Assembly: GCA_041690595.1 (NCBI GenBank)
Contig: JAWLHB010000007.1
Coordinates: forward strand, 124,001-188,000
Length of the DNA: 64,000 nt
Direction of reading: 5' to 3'
DNA from: Lentisphaeria bacterium
GTDB lineage: Bacteria; Verrucomicrobiota; Lentisphaeria; JABSQK01; JAWLHB01
This document shows, one piece after another, positions 20,545-30,839 of this stretch. The notes under the pieces were generated by a model, which was not told the DNA's origin, ran no database searches, and saw nothing but the letters and a program-made list of their open reading frames with translations. Both the position numbers and the translations under genes were made by a program. The number at the start of each line of letters is the position of its first letter. Within the stretch, counting starts at the first letter, position 1.

Positions 20545-21810
20545 TCAGGAATCCGTGGGGAACAGGGGGAACTTGAGGTGAAATTCGGTGCCGCTGGAGT
20601 CGGTACGAACCAGCTCGATGGTGGCATCGTAGTCGCGCAGGATGCCGTGGCAGATGGAGAGGCCCAGGCCGGTACCCAGGTTGGGACCCTTGGTGGTGAC
20701 AAAGGGCTCGAAGATAAGGGGGCGGACCGCGTCGGGAATGCCCCGGCCGGTATCGGCGAGGGAGAGGACCAGCTTGTCGTCGGTCGTGAAGGTGGCGACG
20801 GTGATCTCTTTGTCGCCATCCGGCTTCTCGTCGATGCTGTCCTTGGCATTGCTGATGAGATTGATGAGGACCTGCTCCATGCGGCTGTGATTGGCCAGAA
20901 TGCGCTGGCCGGGTGGGATCTGGTTGACGAAGAGGATGCCATGCGCGCGCAATTGCTCGCCGGTGAATTCGAGGACATGGTCGAGCAGCTCCTTGAGGTC
21001 CAGCTCGGTGGTGGTGCGATTGGTCTGCTCGCTGGCGAATTCGCGCATGTGATCGATGACGCGGGCGGCGCGGTCTACCTGGCCGATGATCTTCTCCATG
21101 GTCTTCATGGCCCGCTCGGTGGGGACGGCGCCCTGGCGTTCGGCCAGTGAGGCGACCGTTTCCGCGTAGATGCGGATGCTGCTGAGCGGCTGATTGAGCT
21201 CGTGCGCAATGCCGCCGGTCATCGCCGCCAGCGCGGAAAGCCGCTGGGCGAAGAGGGTCTGCATCATGAGCTGTTCGCGGGTTTCGCGCAGTTGATTCTC
21301 GGCTTTCTTCCGCTTGGTGATATCGGAGCGGATGGCGACGTACTGGTAGGGCTGGCCATGTTCGTCGAGAAAGGGGACAATGGTCGTGTGTACCCAGTAG
21401 GTGTCGCCATTCTTCTTGCGGTTGCGGATCTCGTCCTGCCAGACCTGCCCATTCTGAATGGTGCGCCAGAGGTTGGCAAAAAAGGATTGGGGATGATAGC
21501 CGGAGTTGAGGACGCGGTGGGTGCGCCCGACCAGCTCGTCCCGGCGATAGCCGCTGATCTCGCACAGGCGGTCGTTGACATAGGTGATGACGCCATCCTT
21601 ATCGGTCATGGTGACGATACTGCTGGCATCGAGGGCGTACTTGATGTCGGCGAGTTCCTCGAAGGAACTCCGGCCATCGGCGGGGACCTCCGCGGGCGGG
21701 GTGGGGCGGCGCTGCAGGCGGTGAATCTTCTCGTGCAGGCGGGCGATTTCCTGGCGCAACTCCGCTTCGGATGCGTTGGGAAGGTAGTTGCCGGCGGGCT
21801 TGCGTTTCAT
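20545..21810 (-). CDS. Cytoplasmic PAS-domain sensor histidine kinase
   Basis: PAS (ITYVND..CEISGY, NRKKNGDTYWV), H box AHELNQP, QVLINLISNA, DTGRG, FVTTK..GTGLGL; no TM. Confidence 0.95.
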   Translation of the reverse strand: MKRKPAGNYLPNASEAELRQEIARLHEKIHRLQRRPTPPAEVPADGRSSFEELADIKYALDASSIVTMTDKDGVITYVNDRLCEISGYRRDELVGRTHRVLNSGYHPQSFFANLWRTIQNGQVWQDEIRNRKKNGDTYWVHTTIVPFLDEHGQPYQYVAIRSDITKRKKAENQLRETREQLMMQTLFAQRLSALAAMTGGIAHELNQPLSSIRIYAETVASLAERQGAVPTERAMKTMEKIIGQVDRAARVIDHMREFASEQTNRTTTELDLKELLDHVLEFTGEQLRAHGILFVNQIPPGQRILANHSRMEQVLINLISNAKDSIDEKPDGDKEITVATFTTDDKLVLSLADTGRGIPDAVRPLIFEPFVTTKGPNLGTGLGLSICHGILRDYDATIELVRTDSSGTEFHLKFPLFPTDS

Positions 21811-23528
21811 GGCTGTTCCTGTTCAATCGTCTGCATCAGATTGGCCTGGGTGGCCTGATCGAGCCGCCGCAGCAACTCGTAGCTGCAGATGCGGGTTTCG
21901 GGGAATCCATCTTCGTCCCGGACAAAGAAGCCGGCGCTGTCGAGGGAAAGCATGATGTGATTGCCGCGCAGATTCAGATCTTCGATGCCGACAGCCAGGA
22001 GGCGTCGCCGCGTGCGCTTCATCAGTTTGAGGTAGAGATCCTCCGTGAGGATGCCCTGACGATGTGCCTGGAGCGCGTCGACGGAGCGGTAGTAGTCACC
22101 ATCTTCGACGGCGAGCATTTCGTCGGGCTTATTGAAATAGCCCCAGATGGCGATGTAGTCCCGGTCGGCGCGGAGGATGCGCTCGCCGCTGGGGGTGCGG
22201 AGGTGTTTGTGGCTTTCGTAGTGCCGGCTGTCGGAGAGGGAATCGGACATGATGGAGCTGTGGCCGGTCATGTAAATGGCGCGCGGATAGGTGGTGGGAA
22301 TTCCCTGGCGGCTGAGGTAGAGGCTGAGGGCAAACTCCTCAAAGGGGCTGTTGTAGCCATACTCGAGGATGCGCTTCTCATCTTGCCGGAAGGGATCGAC
22401 GTAGGGGTCCTGACCGACGCGGGAGAGTTTCCAGACCAGTTGCACATTGTCGCGGGTGGTGGTGTGGTAGATCTCGTCGAGGACCGAAAGCTTGGTGCGG
22501 CGGCTGCGTTCCCAGCGCTCCGGGAGGAAGTAGTCGAAGAGCGTGGGATCCTTGCCGACAACCCACAGTTCGCCGTTGGTGCTGGCGGCGGTCCCATAGA
22601 TATAGTCGACGCCCAGAATACTGACGCGGTTGAGGTGGGGCGGCAGGTCGATGGCCATCTTGTCTTCGAAACGGTGAGCCTGGCGCTTGAGATACTCCTT
22701 GCGCTTGGCCTTGCGGACGACATCTTCCCGCTCGGGCGTCCGCACCAGAAGCTCGAAATCGATCAGCGCGTAAGGGATGCGGCCATGGCGGTCGCGCAGG
22801 ACCCGTCCATCCCGGCGCAGGCGCACGATGATGTGCTGGGGTTTGTGATCCTTGACCAGAAAACCTTTCGCGCGCAGCTCCTTGTCGGCCTGCATGGTCA
22901 GCGCGCGCATTTCCCATTCGGTGAGAGCGCCTCGATCCTTTGCCTCGATGGCATCCACCCCTTTGATCCATTCATAGATGACGGCGTAGTTGCGCCGCAT
23001 GTCCAGATCGACATCGAGATGATTGCGCTGAATGGTGCGCATCTTGTGCTGCTTGCGGGCGCTCTGCCACAGGGGCATCTTGCGGGCGGGCACATAGATG
23101 GCGAGCGGACGCTTGGTGAGGATGCGGCCCGGAGATTCGAAGCGGGACTGGCGCAGCTCGCTGACCAGGGCAAACTCCTCATAAGGGCTGTTGAAGGCTG
23201 CCTGCAGCAGGGTCTCCGATTCATGAGCCCCGGGGATGTCCTGGCCCATTCGGTTCCACTTGAGGACGATGTCCAGACTGCGTCCGCGCACGGGTCTGGT
23301 GTGGACGCGATAGAGAGTCCCCGTGCCGCCGTAACGCCACTGACGACCGAAGAGGCCGGTGGAGTGCTCGCTGAACCACTCCTTGTCCGTCCAGTAGTTT
23401 CTGGGATGCAGCCAATCCTCGAGCGGCTGACCGTAGGGCGTCAAATAGAGGTCATCGCCATTCGAAAGGACCGTGTGCCGGTACTCGATGCCGAAAATCC
23501 TCACCGTCTCCGAATCACTGCTGGTCAT
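21807..23528 (-). CDS. Tandem protein-kinase-like fold protein (kinase plus pseudokinase)
   Basis: Two homologous halves sharing GQD, NSP[YF]EEFAL, AIY, VDA, ELL; the first has GGTG, VLK, DHKPQH and LIDFE; AAGGAG RBS before ATG 23528. Confidence 0.75.
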   Translation of the reverse strand: MTSSDSETVRIFGIEYRHTVLSNGDDLYLTPYGQPLEDWLHPRNYWTDKEWFSEHSTGLFGRQWRYGGTGTLYRVHTRPVRGRSLDIVLKWNRMGQDIPGAHESETLLQAAFNSPYEEFALVSELRQSRFESPGRILTKRPLAIYVPARKMPLWQSARKQHKMRTIQRNHLDVDLDMRRNYAVIYEWIKGVDAIEAKDRGALTEWEMRALTMQADKELRAKGFLVKDHKPQHIIVRLRRDGRVLRDRHGRIPYALIDFELLVRTPEREDVVRKAKRKEYLKRQAHRFEDKMAIDLPPHLNRVSILGVDYIYGTAASTNGELWVVGKDPTLFDYFLPERWERSRRTKLSVLDEIYHTTTRDNVQLVWKLSRVGQDPYVDPFRQDEKRILEYGYNSPFEEFALSLYLSRQGIPTTYPRAIYMTGHSSIMSDSLSDSRHYESHKHLRTPSGERILRADRDYIAIWGYFNKPDEMLAVEDGDYYRSVDALQAHRQGILTEDLYLKLMKRTRRRLLAVGIEDLNLRGNHIMLSLDSAGFFVRDEDGFPETRICSYELLRRLDQATQANLMQTIEQEQP

Positions 23529-23555
23529 GGGGTCTCCTTCCTGCTGACAAGAGGC

Positions 23556-23584
23556 ACTATACTGCCCAGCCTCCGCCAACGCAA
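23556..23584 (-). promoter_or_regulatory. Sigma70-like promoter of the kinase/two-component operon
   Basis: TTGCGT-17 nt-TATAGT, 27 nt upstream of ATG 23528. Confidence 0.55.
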
Positions 23585-23701
23585 ACGCCGCTGCCACGGC
23601 GCCGGTGCCGAAAGCGCTATCCCGGGAGGGATCGGAAAATATCCCGATACCGCCATTGCCATCGGCCGTGATGACCGTACTTTCAGGATGGAGGCATTCG
23701 C

Positions 23702-24895
23702 TTGAATGAATCGGGTTGGAAGCGCACCTTCGGGTTCGCCTTTGTCGCTCAATTTCTGGGAATCGTCGGCATCTCGTTTGCGACGCCCTTTCTGCCATTC
23801 TACGTTGCCGAGTTGGGCGTTACGGATAGTGGCGCTCAAGCCTTCTGGGCTGGAATGGTCATGGCGGCGGGTGGGCTTACCTTTGCGATTTTTGCGCCGA
23901 TCTGGGGTGTACTTTCAGATCAGTATGGGCGGAAGCCGATGGTCTGCCGCGCCATGTTCGGTGCGGCGGTGTCCGTGCTGTTGATGTCCTTTGCGCAGAC
24001 GGTGCCGCAGATGATCGTCTTTCGAGTGTTGCAGGGGGCCTTCAGCGGCACGCTCGCGGCCAGTATCGCCCTTGTCGCCAGCGTTGTACCGCTGAAGCGG
24101 AGCGGGCTGGCCTTGGGCATGATGCAGGCGGCGGTCTTCGTAGGGAACGCGGTTGGGCCGTTGCTTGGCGGCTTGGCGGCCGATGCCTTCGGCTACCGAG
24201 CCAGCTTTCGCCTCGGAGCCCTGCTTACGCTGCTGGGAGGCATTCTGGTCCTCGTCGGCACTCACGAGAACTTCACCCGGCCAGACAAGAAGGCAGCGGC
24301 CAGTCCCGGCTTTCGGACGATCTTCCTCCTGCCCGGCTTCCTGGTCAGCGTCATGGTTCTGCTCAGTGTTCGGTTGAGCAACAGCATTTCGAATCCGTCG
24401 TTTCCGCTGATCGTCGAGGAGATTATCGATTCGCCCGGGAAGCTGAACAGCATCACGGGCTCCATTATTGGGGCGGCGGCCATATCCGCGGCGGCAGCCT
24501 CCGTCATCCTCGGGTATGCCGGCGATCGGATCGGGCGGCGGCGGGTGTTGGTGGGGTGCTGCTTCTTTGCCTGCCTGAGCGCGGGTGGGCACTATTTTGC
24601 GTATGACCTGCCGACACTTTACGTCATGCGCATCCTGTTCGGCTTTTCGGTGGCCGGCATGATGCCCGCGGCCAACGCCATGATTCACGAAGTGGTGGAT
24701 CCGCGTTCCATCGGCAAGGCCTACGGGCTGGCTACCTCGATCAGCATGCTTGGCTCGGCGATTGGTCCAAGTATCGGCGGAATACTGGCCATGCATGCCG
24801 GATTGCGGGTACCTTTTCTGGTGACGGCTGGCTCCCAGTTGGGCCTGGCCATGATCGTCATCCTCTTCCTGCGTGACCGCCGGCAACAGGCGTGA
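23702..24895 (+). CDS. MFS transporter (DHA1/MdtG-like)
   Basis: 12 TMs, WGVLSDQYGRK and GDRIGRR motif A; GGAGG then TTG start. Confidence 0.92.
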   Translation: MNESGWKRTFGFAFVAQFLGIVGISFATPFLPFYVAELGVTDSGAQAFWAGMVMAAGGLTFAIFAPIWGVLSDQYGRKPMVCRAMFGAAVSVLLMSFAQTVPQMIVFRVLQGAFSGTLAASIALVASVVPLKRSGLALGMMQAAVFVGNAVGPLLGGLAADAFGYRASFRLGALLTLLGGILVLVGTHENFTRPDKKAAASPGFRTIFLLPGFLVSVMVLLSVRLSNSISNPSFPLIVEEIIDSPGKLNSITGSIIGAAAISAAAASVILGYAGDRIGRRRVLVGCCFFACLSAGGHYFAYDLPTLYVMRILFGFSVAGMMPAANAMIHEVVDPRSIGKAYGLATSISMLGSAIGPSIGGILAMHAGLRVPFLVTAGSQLGLAMIVILFLRDRRQQA

Positions 24896-24938
24896 GCGCC
24901 CTTCACGACCAAGACTTGTCCCCTACGGAGATTGAACA

Positions 24939-26318
24939 ATGAGCCAATCGACCCTGAAGATCGGCTGGTCGGAGATCAGCATCACGCCGGAGCAGCCCGT
25001 CAATCTCTTCGGTATGTTCAACGAACGGATCAGCACCCATGTTGAGGATCCGTGTATGGCGACCGCGCTGGCCTTGGAAGGCGCCGACGGCGAGGCCGCG
25101 ATCTGGCTCTCCTGCGATCTGGTCAATGCCACGCTGGATGTCGTCCAGGCGGTACGCAACGCAGTGGCGGCGCGCATTCCGGGCTTCGACGGTGACAAGG
25201 TGCTGCTCAGCTGCACGCACACCCACAATGCGCCCAACTTCAAGACTCATCTCTACCCGCCACCACCACCCGGCGTGATGACTCCAGACGCCTATCGAGG
25301 CTTCTTCCTGGAGAGAGTGATCGAGGTTGCGGTGCGCGCTTGGAAATCTCGCCGTCCGGGCCGCATATCGCCGGCGCTGGGACATGCCGTAATGGGCTGG
25401 TGCCGCCGAGCCGTCTATGCCGATGGCACGGCCCTGATGCATGGCGCCACGCAGCGGGAAGATTTTATCAAGATCGAGGGGCCGTCGGATCCGGGCATCG
25501 AGTTGCTCTTCACCCACGATGACGCCGGCAATCCTACCGGAGCGGTCGTGAGCATTGCCGCGACGCCGCAGACCTGCGCCAGCACCAACTTTCTGACCTC
25601 CGACTTCTGGGGGATGGCCCGCAAGAGCCTGCGGGAACATTTCGGCGGTGATTTCACCGTGCTGGCAGTCACCGGTGCCGCTGGCGATCAGTGCCCGGAT
25701 GACATGATTCGAAAGGGTCGCGCTGAGCCAAGCATGTCGAATGGGTTGCCTGCCTGTTCTCGGTTGGCCCGCCGGCTGACTCAGGGCGTCGTTGAAGGCT
25801 ACGAATCGGGGCGCCGCGAGATGAACGCCGCGCCCATCTTCCGTCACACGCACAGAGTGCTCGATCTCCCTGCATACGTCATGAGTGCCGACCAGATCGT
25901 TCACTACGAGAAGGTGATCGCCGACTTGACCGCCAATGGCGAACCGGATCCCAAGTGCTGGGATGGCGGCACCCTGTTGCGTGCCCGTCTTCACCTGAAG
26001 AGAGACGCCGAAACGCGGAAAAAACCGGTGATCCCGGTCGACTGCAACTTTCTGCGGATAGGCGATCTCGCGGTTGCCACGAACCCATGCGAACTCTATC
26101 TCGAATATGGACAGCGCATAAAGGCCCGCAGTCCGGCAACGCAGACGATCGCCGCCCAACTGACCAACGACGCTCAATCCTATCTGCCGACGCGCGAAGC
26201 GATGGCGCACGGCCACTACAGTGCCATGCCCTCCAACATTCGCCTTGGCCCCGATGGCGGCGACCTGCTGGTCGAACGCTCGCTGGAGAACCTCAGGCTG
26301 CTTTTCGATGCGTCATGA
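24939..26318 (+). CDS. Neutral/alkaline ceramidase-like metal hydrolase
   Basis: IGWSEISITP, SCTHTHNAP, GAAGDQCP, PCELYLEYG, YLPT motifs. Confidence 0.75.
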   Translation: MSQSTLKIGWSEISITPEQPVNLFGMFNERISTHVEDPCMATALALEGADGEAAIWLSCDLVNATLDVVQAVRNAVAARIPGFDGDKVLLSCTHTHNAPNFKTHLYPPPPPGVMTPDAYRGFFLERVIEVAVRAWKSRRPGRISPALGHAVMGWCRRAVYADGTALMHGATQREDFIKIEGPSDPGIELLFTHDDAGNPTGAVVSIAATPQTCASTNFLTSDFWGMARKSLREHFGGDFTVLAVTGAAGDQCPDDMIRKGRAEPSMSNGLPACSRLARRLTQGVVEGYESGRREMNAAPIFRHTHRVLDLPAYVMSADQIVHYEKVIADLTANGEPDPKCWDGGTLLRARLHLKRDAETRKKPVIPVDCNFLRIGDLAVATNPCELYLEYGQRIKARSPATQTIAAQLTNDAQSYLPTREAMAHGHYSAMPSNIRLGPDGGDLLVERSLENLRLLFDAS

Positions 26319-26336
26319 TGCGAGCGCGGGCGCCGG

Positions 26337-29300
26337 CTATTGAGCTGGGACGTAGTGGCGGATGCGGAAGGCGCGGAGGAGGCCCTCGTAGAAGCGGTCG
26401 CCGGGTTCCACGCCATTGCCGGCACGCGTATGGCCGCCGAAGACGCAGGGCTGGTATTCGAAGGGACGATGGCTGAACGGATAGGCGCAGGTGGTGTCGT
26501 TGACGCGGAAGGTCAGCTCCGACAGATCGTAGGTGACGGAGAGACTGGACCAGGCATCGGCGGTGACCTGAAGCTCGGTATCGAAGAGATGCGTATGCCG
26601 TTTCTCGTCGGTATAGGCGCCAATGAGCTTGCCGTCCTGCAGCTTGAGGAGCAGGGAGCCGACGCCCATGCCGTAGGAGCGGAAGAGCACCTGGGGATGT
26701 ATGGACGCCGCGGGCTTGACTTCGAAATCAAGCTGGAAGGCTCCGCGTGGGAGTGTCTCGTGGGGGAAGGTGATGTAGGTGCCGAGACCGTCGAAGCGCA
26801 GGCACCAAGTGTTGTCTTCCTGGATCCACTCGGGGGCAGACTCGGTGGCGGCGGAGGGATAGGCGGCACCGCGGTTGAAAGGAGCGCCGTAATGGAGCCC
26901 CCCGCCAAGCTCGGCTCGCCAGCGGCGGCCGGCCGGTGTGGCCAGAAAATCCCCCCGTGTCGGTTCGAATCTGTAGTTGAGATCGGGGAGCTGATCGACG
27001 GGAAGCTCAGCGGAGATATTGCCGTTGCGGCTGTCGGAGAAGAAGGGCAGGGTCAACGTCTCGTCGGTGGATGGCGTCCATGTCGGGATGAGCGGAGGGC
27101 TGCGATGGATCTTGCCGTCGGTTGTGATGGCGCGCAGATGATAGATGGGGTGGGGTGTCTGGGGGCGGATGGTGAAGGTTGCTTGCGCCTGCGGGGTGGC
27201 GAATCGAACGGGCACATCGGCCAGTTTGTCGAAGCGCTCGACCTGAACCATGAGCTGATTGGGGAAGGTCCTGGCGTATTCGCCGAGGCGAACCACATCG
27301 GCGAGAGGGACGCTCATCCGCACGGGGTCGAGGTCGAAGTGGAGGCTGGCGCCGGTGTCGGTACGGGGAACGGTCAGATAGATGGCGCGCCAGGCGCGGG
27401 TGGCTTCCATCCGCAGGTGCAGGGTGTTGTTGTCGACCCGGAAGGCGGCTTCGGCGTCTGCGTTGGCGGAGCCCATGTTGTCGGTGGCGACTGGTCGGGC
27501 ATACGCAAGGGTGCCGTCGCGCACGGCGATCGTTCCTTCGAGGTCGGTGGGACGCCAGCGAATGATACTGACCTTGAAGAGGTGGTTGTTGGCGAGATCG
27601 AATTCATTGGCGGGGTCATGGGCCCAGATCTCCTGGCCGTTCTCCAGCAATTCCAGGGAGGCGAGAGGAGCATCGCCGCGATAATCCGCCCGCATGGTCA
27701 GCGTTCCCGCTTCCCGATCCATGGCGTTGACGCTCAGCTCCGCCAACGCGGGCTGGGGGAGGTCGCGAATGGGCTGCTTGACGCAGAGATAGTTCCAGTT
27801 CCAGGTGGCGTGCAGGCGGGCATGGAGGAACCCGGAGAGGCGCAGCGGCTCCTGATCTGCCACCGTGAGCACGAGGGTCGGGCTCAGCACGCGGTGACGG
27901 GGGAACTCGTCGGTAGGCAGGTCGTAGGTGATCTCGTGGAGTTCGCCGCCGGTAAAGGTGGCGGCGGGGAAGCTCTTGACAAGGTTGCCGGCAGCGTCGT
28001 GCAGGTCGAGCTGCACTGAATAGTCGATATTGTAGACGCCGTCGGGAATGTTGAGCAGCTCCAGGCGAAGGATTTCGCCGAGCTTGAGGACGCGGCGATA
28101 GGAGAGAACGAGATTGGGGATGGCGGTATTGTCGCCGGGATTGGGGGTGGGGGCGAGTCCTCGCATGCGATGGAGGTAGTACCGCATGATGCGCTGCGAG
28201 GAGAGGCCACGATAGACCGTGGGGCAGACGGAGGTATTCTCGTTGAACTCGTTCCACTCGGGCATGCCGATGAAGTCGGGATCCGCGTTGATGGCGACTT
28301 CGAGGGTGTGGCGCAGGGCGCGGGTGCGATCTTCGCGCTTGGCGGCGCTGGAGCGGGGATTGACGTAGCCGACACAGGCGCTGAGCCCCAGAAGTTTGGC
28401 GCGGTACGGTTCTTCCGCGAGGACGCTCTTGAAGACGGTGGCGATGTAGTCGCGCAGATAGGGAATGTTGATGCTGTCCCCGTAATCGGGATCGGTGTAA
28501 TAGAGCTTGACGTGATTGGCGCCCATAAACATGATGCCGTCGGCCACATCGAGGTAATCACGAAGGCGGGCTTTTTCGTCGAGAATGTCGTCCGTGGCGA
28601 GCTCGCCATTCTGGAAGGCGAAGATGGAGGCGTTTCTGCGGATGTCGGCGACAAAGAGGAAAGTGTCGCCAAAGCGTTGACGAAGGCGGTCGAGGACGGC
28701 CTTCATCTGGGAGGGCGTCCAGCCATCGCCGATATAGGAGGTGATGACCGGTTTGCCGCCGACACGGAAGCTGTGGGGCGAGGCGAGGGCGCGCTGGAGT
28801 GCCTCGGCGTACTGGTCGAAATACTTATCCGTTTGGTCGCCGGCACCCCAGTATTCGGGATAGACGATGAAGTCGTCGATGCCGAGGTCGGTGAGGTGCT
28901 GATCGGCCAGGAGGTAGTTGGTGAGCTGACCGGCGCTGACGGTAAGCGAGGCGAGGCCGTCGAGGCCGTAGAGGCGTGCGGTTTCGACTTCGCGTTGCAT
29001 GGTGCGGCGATTCAGGGCATAGACATTCAGGGGATTGTCGCGGGCGGCGCGATCGACGAAGAGGGGGCGGTCCTGCCACCAATGAAGATAGTTGCGATCC
29101 ATGCCGTACTTGAGCTGACTGCGCGGCATAACGAGCGTGCGCTCGGCCACGCGCTGGCGGGTGGCGGCGAGTTGGCGGGACTCATCGAGAAGCGCCTGCA
29201 CGGCTTCCTGCTCGATCTCGCCGGGGGTGACGTCGAATCCACCAAAGACGATAGTCGCGGGGGCGCCGCGTACGATGAGCGTGGCGGAAAGCGCCTGCGT

Positions 29301-29780
29301 CTCTTCCCGTGTCGGGATGACGAGATGACGGGTTATCCACTTTCCCTGGCGGTTGTCGGCGATGACGCGGTCGGCTAGGCCGATCTTGTGGTAAGGCTGA
29401 AGTGGAGCCTTACCGGGCTCCGCATGTTCGCGCACCAGAAGGTCCAGTTCCGCGCCGGATTCGTAGGCTTCCGGGAGCAGGTGGAAGCGGATCTTGTAGC
29501 GTTTGCCGCCTTCGACGAGGAGAACCGGCGAATTGAGCAGGGTGGCCTCGGCGTCGGCAGCGCGGATGAGGCGGAGTCCTTCCTCGCCGACTTTGGCGCG
29601 GGAATCGGCTTCAGCGGTCAGGGGGGCGCCGTCAGCGTTCGTCATCCTGAGTTCTGCCGCGGCCAGTTGAGTACCTGTGCTTGCCTGGACGGATTCCTGC
29701 GCGTCAGCGGTGTGGAGGAGGAGGGTGAAGCAACAGAAAACGAAAAGCAGGGATGGCTTAGGCAACAGGGGCTCCTTCAA
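26337..29780 (-). CDS. Large exported GH99/GH71-like glycoside hydrolase with CBM-like N-terminus and LamG-like C-terminus
   Basis: Signal peptide, [34 protein letters not shown]-terminal LRFDG...[10 protein letters not shown]; coupled to the prepilin gene. Confidence 0.65.
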   Translation of the reverse strand: MKEPLLPKPSLLFVFCCFTLLLHTADAQESVQASTGTQLAAAELRMTNADGAPLTAEADSRAKVGEEGLRLIRAADAEATLLNSPVLLVEGGKRYKIRFHLLPEAYESGAELDLLVREHAEPGKAPLQPYHKIGLADRVIADNRQGKWITRHLVIPTREETQALSATLIVRGAPATIVFGGFDVTPGEIEQEAVQALLDESRQLAATRQRVAERTLVMPRSQLKYGMDRNYLHWWQDRPLFVDRAARDNPLNVYALNRRTMQREVETARLYGLDGLASLTVSAGQLTNYLLADQHLTDLGIDDFIVYPEYWGAGDQTDKYFDQYAEALQRALASPHSFRVGGKPVITSYIGDGWTPSQMKAVLDRLRQRFGDTFLFVADIRRNASIFAFQNGELATDDILDEKARLRDYLDVADGIMFMGANHVKLYYTDPDYGDSINIPYLRDYIATVFKSVLAEEPYRAKLLGLSACVGYVNPRSSAAKREDRTRALRHTLEVAINADPDFIGMPEWNEFNENTSVCPTVYRGLSSQRIMRYYLHRMRGLAPTPNPGDNTAIPNLVLSYRRVLKLGEILRLELLNIPDGVYNIDYSVQLDLHDAAGNLVKSFPAATFTGGELHEITYDLPTDEFPRHRVLSPTLVLTVADQEPLRLSGFLHARLHATWNWNYLCVKQPIRDLPQPALAELSVNAMDREAGTLTMRADYRGDAPLASLELLENGQEIWAHDPANEFDLANNHLFKVSIIRWRPTDLEGTIAVRDGTLAYARPVATDNMGSANADAEAAFRVDNNTLHLRMEATRAWRAIYLTVPRTDTGASLHFDLDPVRMSVPLADVVRLGEYARTFPNQLMVQVERFDKLADVPVRFATPQAQATFTIRPQTPHPIYHLRAITTDGKIHRSPPLIPTWTPSTDETLTLPFFSDSRNGNISAELPVDQLPDLNYRFEPTRGDFLATPAGRRWRAELGGGLHYGAPFNRGAAYPSAATESAPEWIQEDNTWCLRFDGLGTYITFPHETLPRGAFQLDFEVKPAASIHPQVLFRSYGMGVGSLLLKLQDGKLIGAYTDEKRHTHLFDTELQVTADAWSSLSVTYDLSELTFRVNDTTCAYPFSHRPFEYQPCVFGGHTRAGNGVEPGDRFYEGLLRAFRIRHYVPAQ

Positions 29781-30415
29781 TTACGTGACCAGAACAAATT
29801 CTTGGCATTGACCTCATCGGCAAGGTTGGCGGAGACATGTCCGTCCGCCCAGAGGATATTGGCGTTGCTGGCATGGCGCGGCCAGAGATCCCTCTGCACA
29901 TAGTTGTAAAGGAGGATGTAGGCGGCATAGCCATCCTCGGCAAGATGACCGCCGTCGCCGATGATAATGGTCCTGTCCGGATTCCGGATGTCACCTTGTC
30001 GATAGCAGAAGAGGGGGAGGGGGGTCAGCCGGTTTACGATCTGGTAGGTATAGCCGTAGGAGGGCTCGAATATACTGGTGAAGGCGGAGTTGTCGCTGGG
30101 GCACTTGAGGATCGGCGAGAAGTTTGGATTGGTGGTGACATGGTAGGGCTCCGCGCCGATGAAGGGTGGTAGGTAACCACCGTGCCATGTGCCGACAACG
30201 GCGTCGTAATAGGGCATGTACCGATCGTCGTTCTCGCTGGTATAAAGCGCGATTCCCATGCCCATCTGCTTCAGGTTGCTGATGCAGCTGGCCTGCCGCG
30301 CCTTTTCGCGGGCACGGCTGAGCGCCGGCAGGAGCATCGAGGCGAGTATGGCGATTATCGCCACAACGACCAGAAGTTCAATGAGAGTAAAACGTTTCGT
30401 GGATGACAGCTCCAT
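29777..30415 (-). CDS. DUF1559 prepilin-like protein with C-terminal H-X9-DG motif
   Basis: [45 protein letters not shown]. Confidence 0.92.
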   Translation of the reverse strand: MELSSTKRFTLIELLVVVAIIAILASMLLPALSRAREKARQASCISNLKQMGMGIALYTSENDDRYMPYYDAVVGTWHGGYLPPFIGAEPYHVTTNPNFSPILKCPSDNSAFTSIFEPSYGYTYQIVNRLTPLPLFCYRQGDIRNPDRTIIIGDGGHLAEDGYAAYILLYNYVQRDLWPRHASNANILWADGHVSANLADEVNAKNLFWSRN

Positions 30416-30450
30416 ACAGGCTCCTGTGAAGGCGGTTGAAAGTCACAGTA

Positions 30451-30483
30451 AGTATAGCCGCTGCAAGAGCATACTGCAAGAGC
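30451..30483 (-). promoter_or_regulatory. Sigma70-like promoter overlapped by a 10-bp direct repeat
   Basis: TTGCAG-17 nt-TATACT; CTGCAAGAGC at 30461 and 30474. Confidence 0.55.
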
Positions 30484-30526
30484 TGCCATGCCAGTCAGAG
30501 CACGTCAATGACGATAGACGCTGGGA

Positions 30527-30670
30527 TCAATCGGTTGCGTCTTCGATGTCATCTCCCATCTCTTCGATATCGTCACCGGCGCCTTCGATGGTTTTCTCGC
30601 AGCTGACAGTGAAGAGGCCCAGGCAGCCAATGAACAAAGAGAGGATGAACGTTCTGAGTGCAGTCGACAT
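30527..30670 (-). CDS. Entericidin EcnA/B-like small lipoprotein (47 aa)
   Basis: Below the ORF-track cutoff. MSTALRTFILSLFIGCLGLFTVSCEKTIEGAGDDIEEMGDDIEDATD, AGGAG RBS, lipobox Cys then TIEGAGxDI. Confidence 0.85.
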   Translation of the reverse strand: MSTALRTFILSLFIGCLGLFTVSCEKTIEGAGDDIEEMGDDIEDATD

Positions 30671-30839
30671 GGTGTGACTCCTATAGGTGGATTGAGTTCA
30701 GGGGGGACATTGATACCTGAACTTCAATGGGCGAACGATGTCAAGCATGACGCAGCGTTTGAGGTGAATCTTCATGATCTACTTGTGCGAATGTCGGGCC
30801 AATCTTGCCAAACCGGGGTTGTCGCGGTATCAGTGAACG

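Noticed and set aside
23580..23596. Possible sigma-54 promoter TGGCAGCGGCGTTTGCG upstream of the kinase operon
   Set aside because: GG-to-GC spacing is 11 nt rather than the required 10, and a sigma70-like promoter fits the same site
21771..23705. 644-aa plus-strand ORF and similar long antisense ORFs (5177-6769, 33317-36172, 40479-42257, 45888-47525, 49033-50880, 57511-59052, 60528-62339)
   Set aside because: They mirror well-supported genes on the opposite strand, as expected from high-GC codon bias
23529..23798. N-terminal 90-aa extension of the kinase-like ORF
   Set aside because: Overlaps the divergent MFS gene start and the promoter; a strong RBS supports ATG 23528
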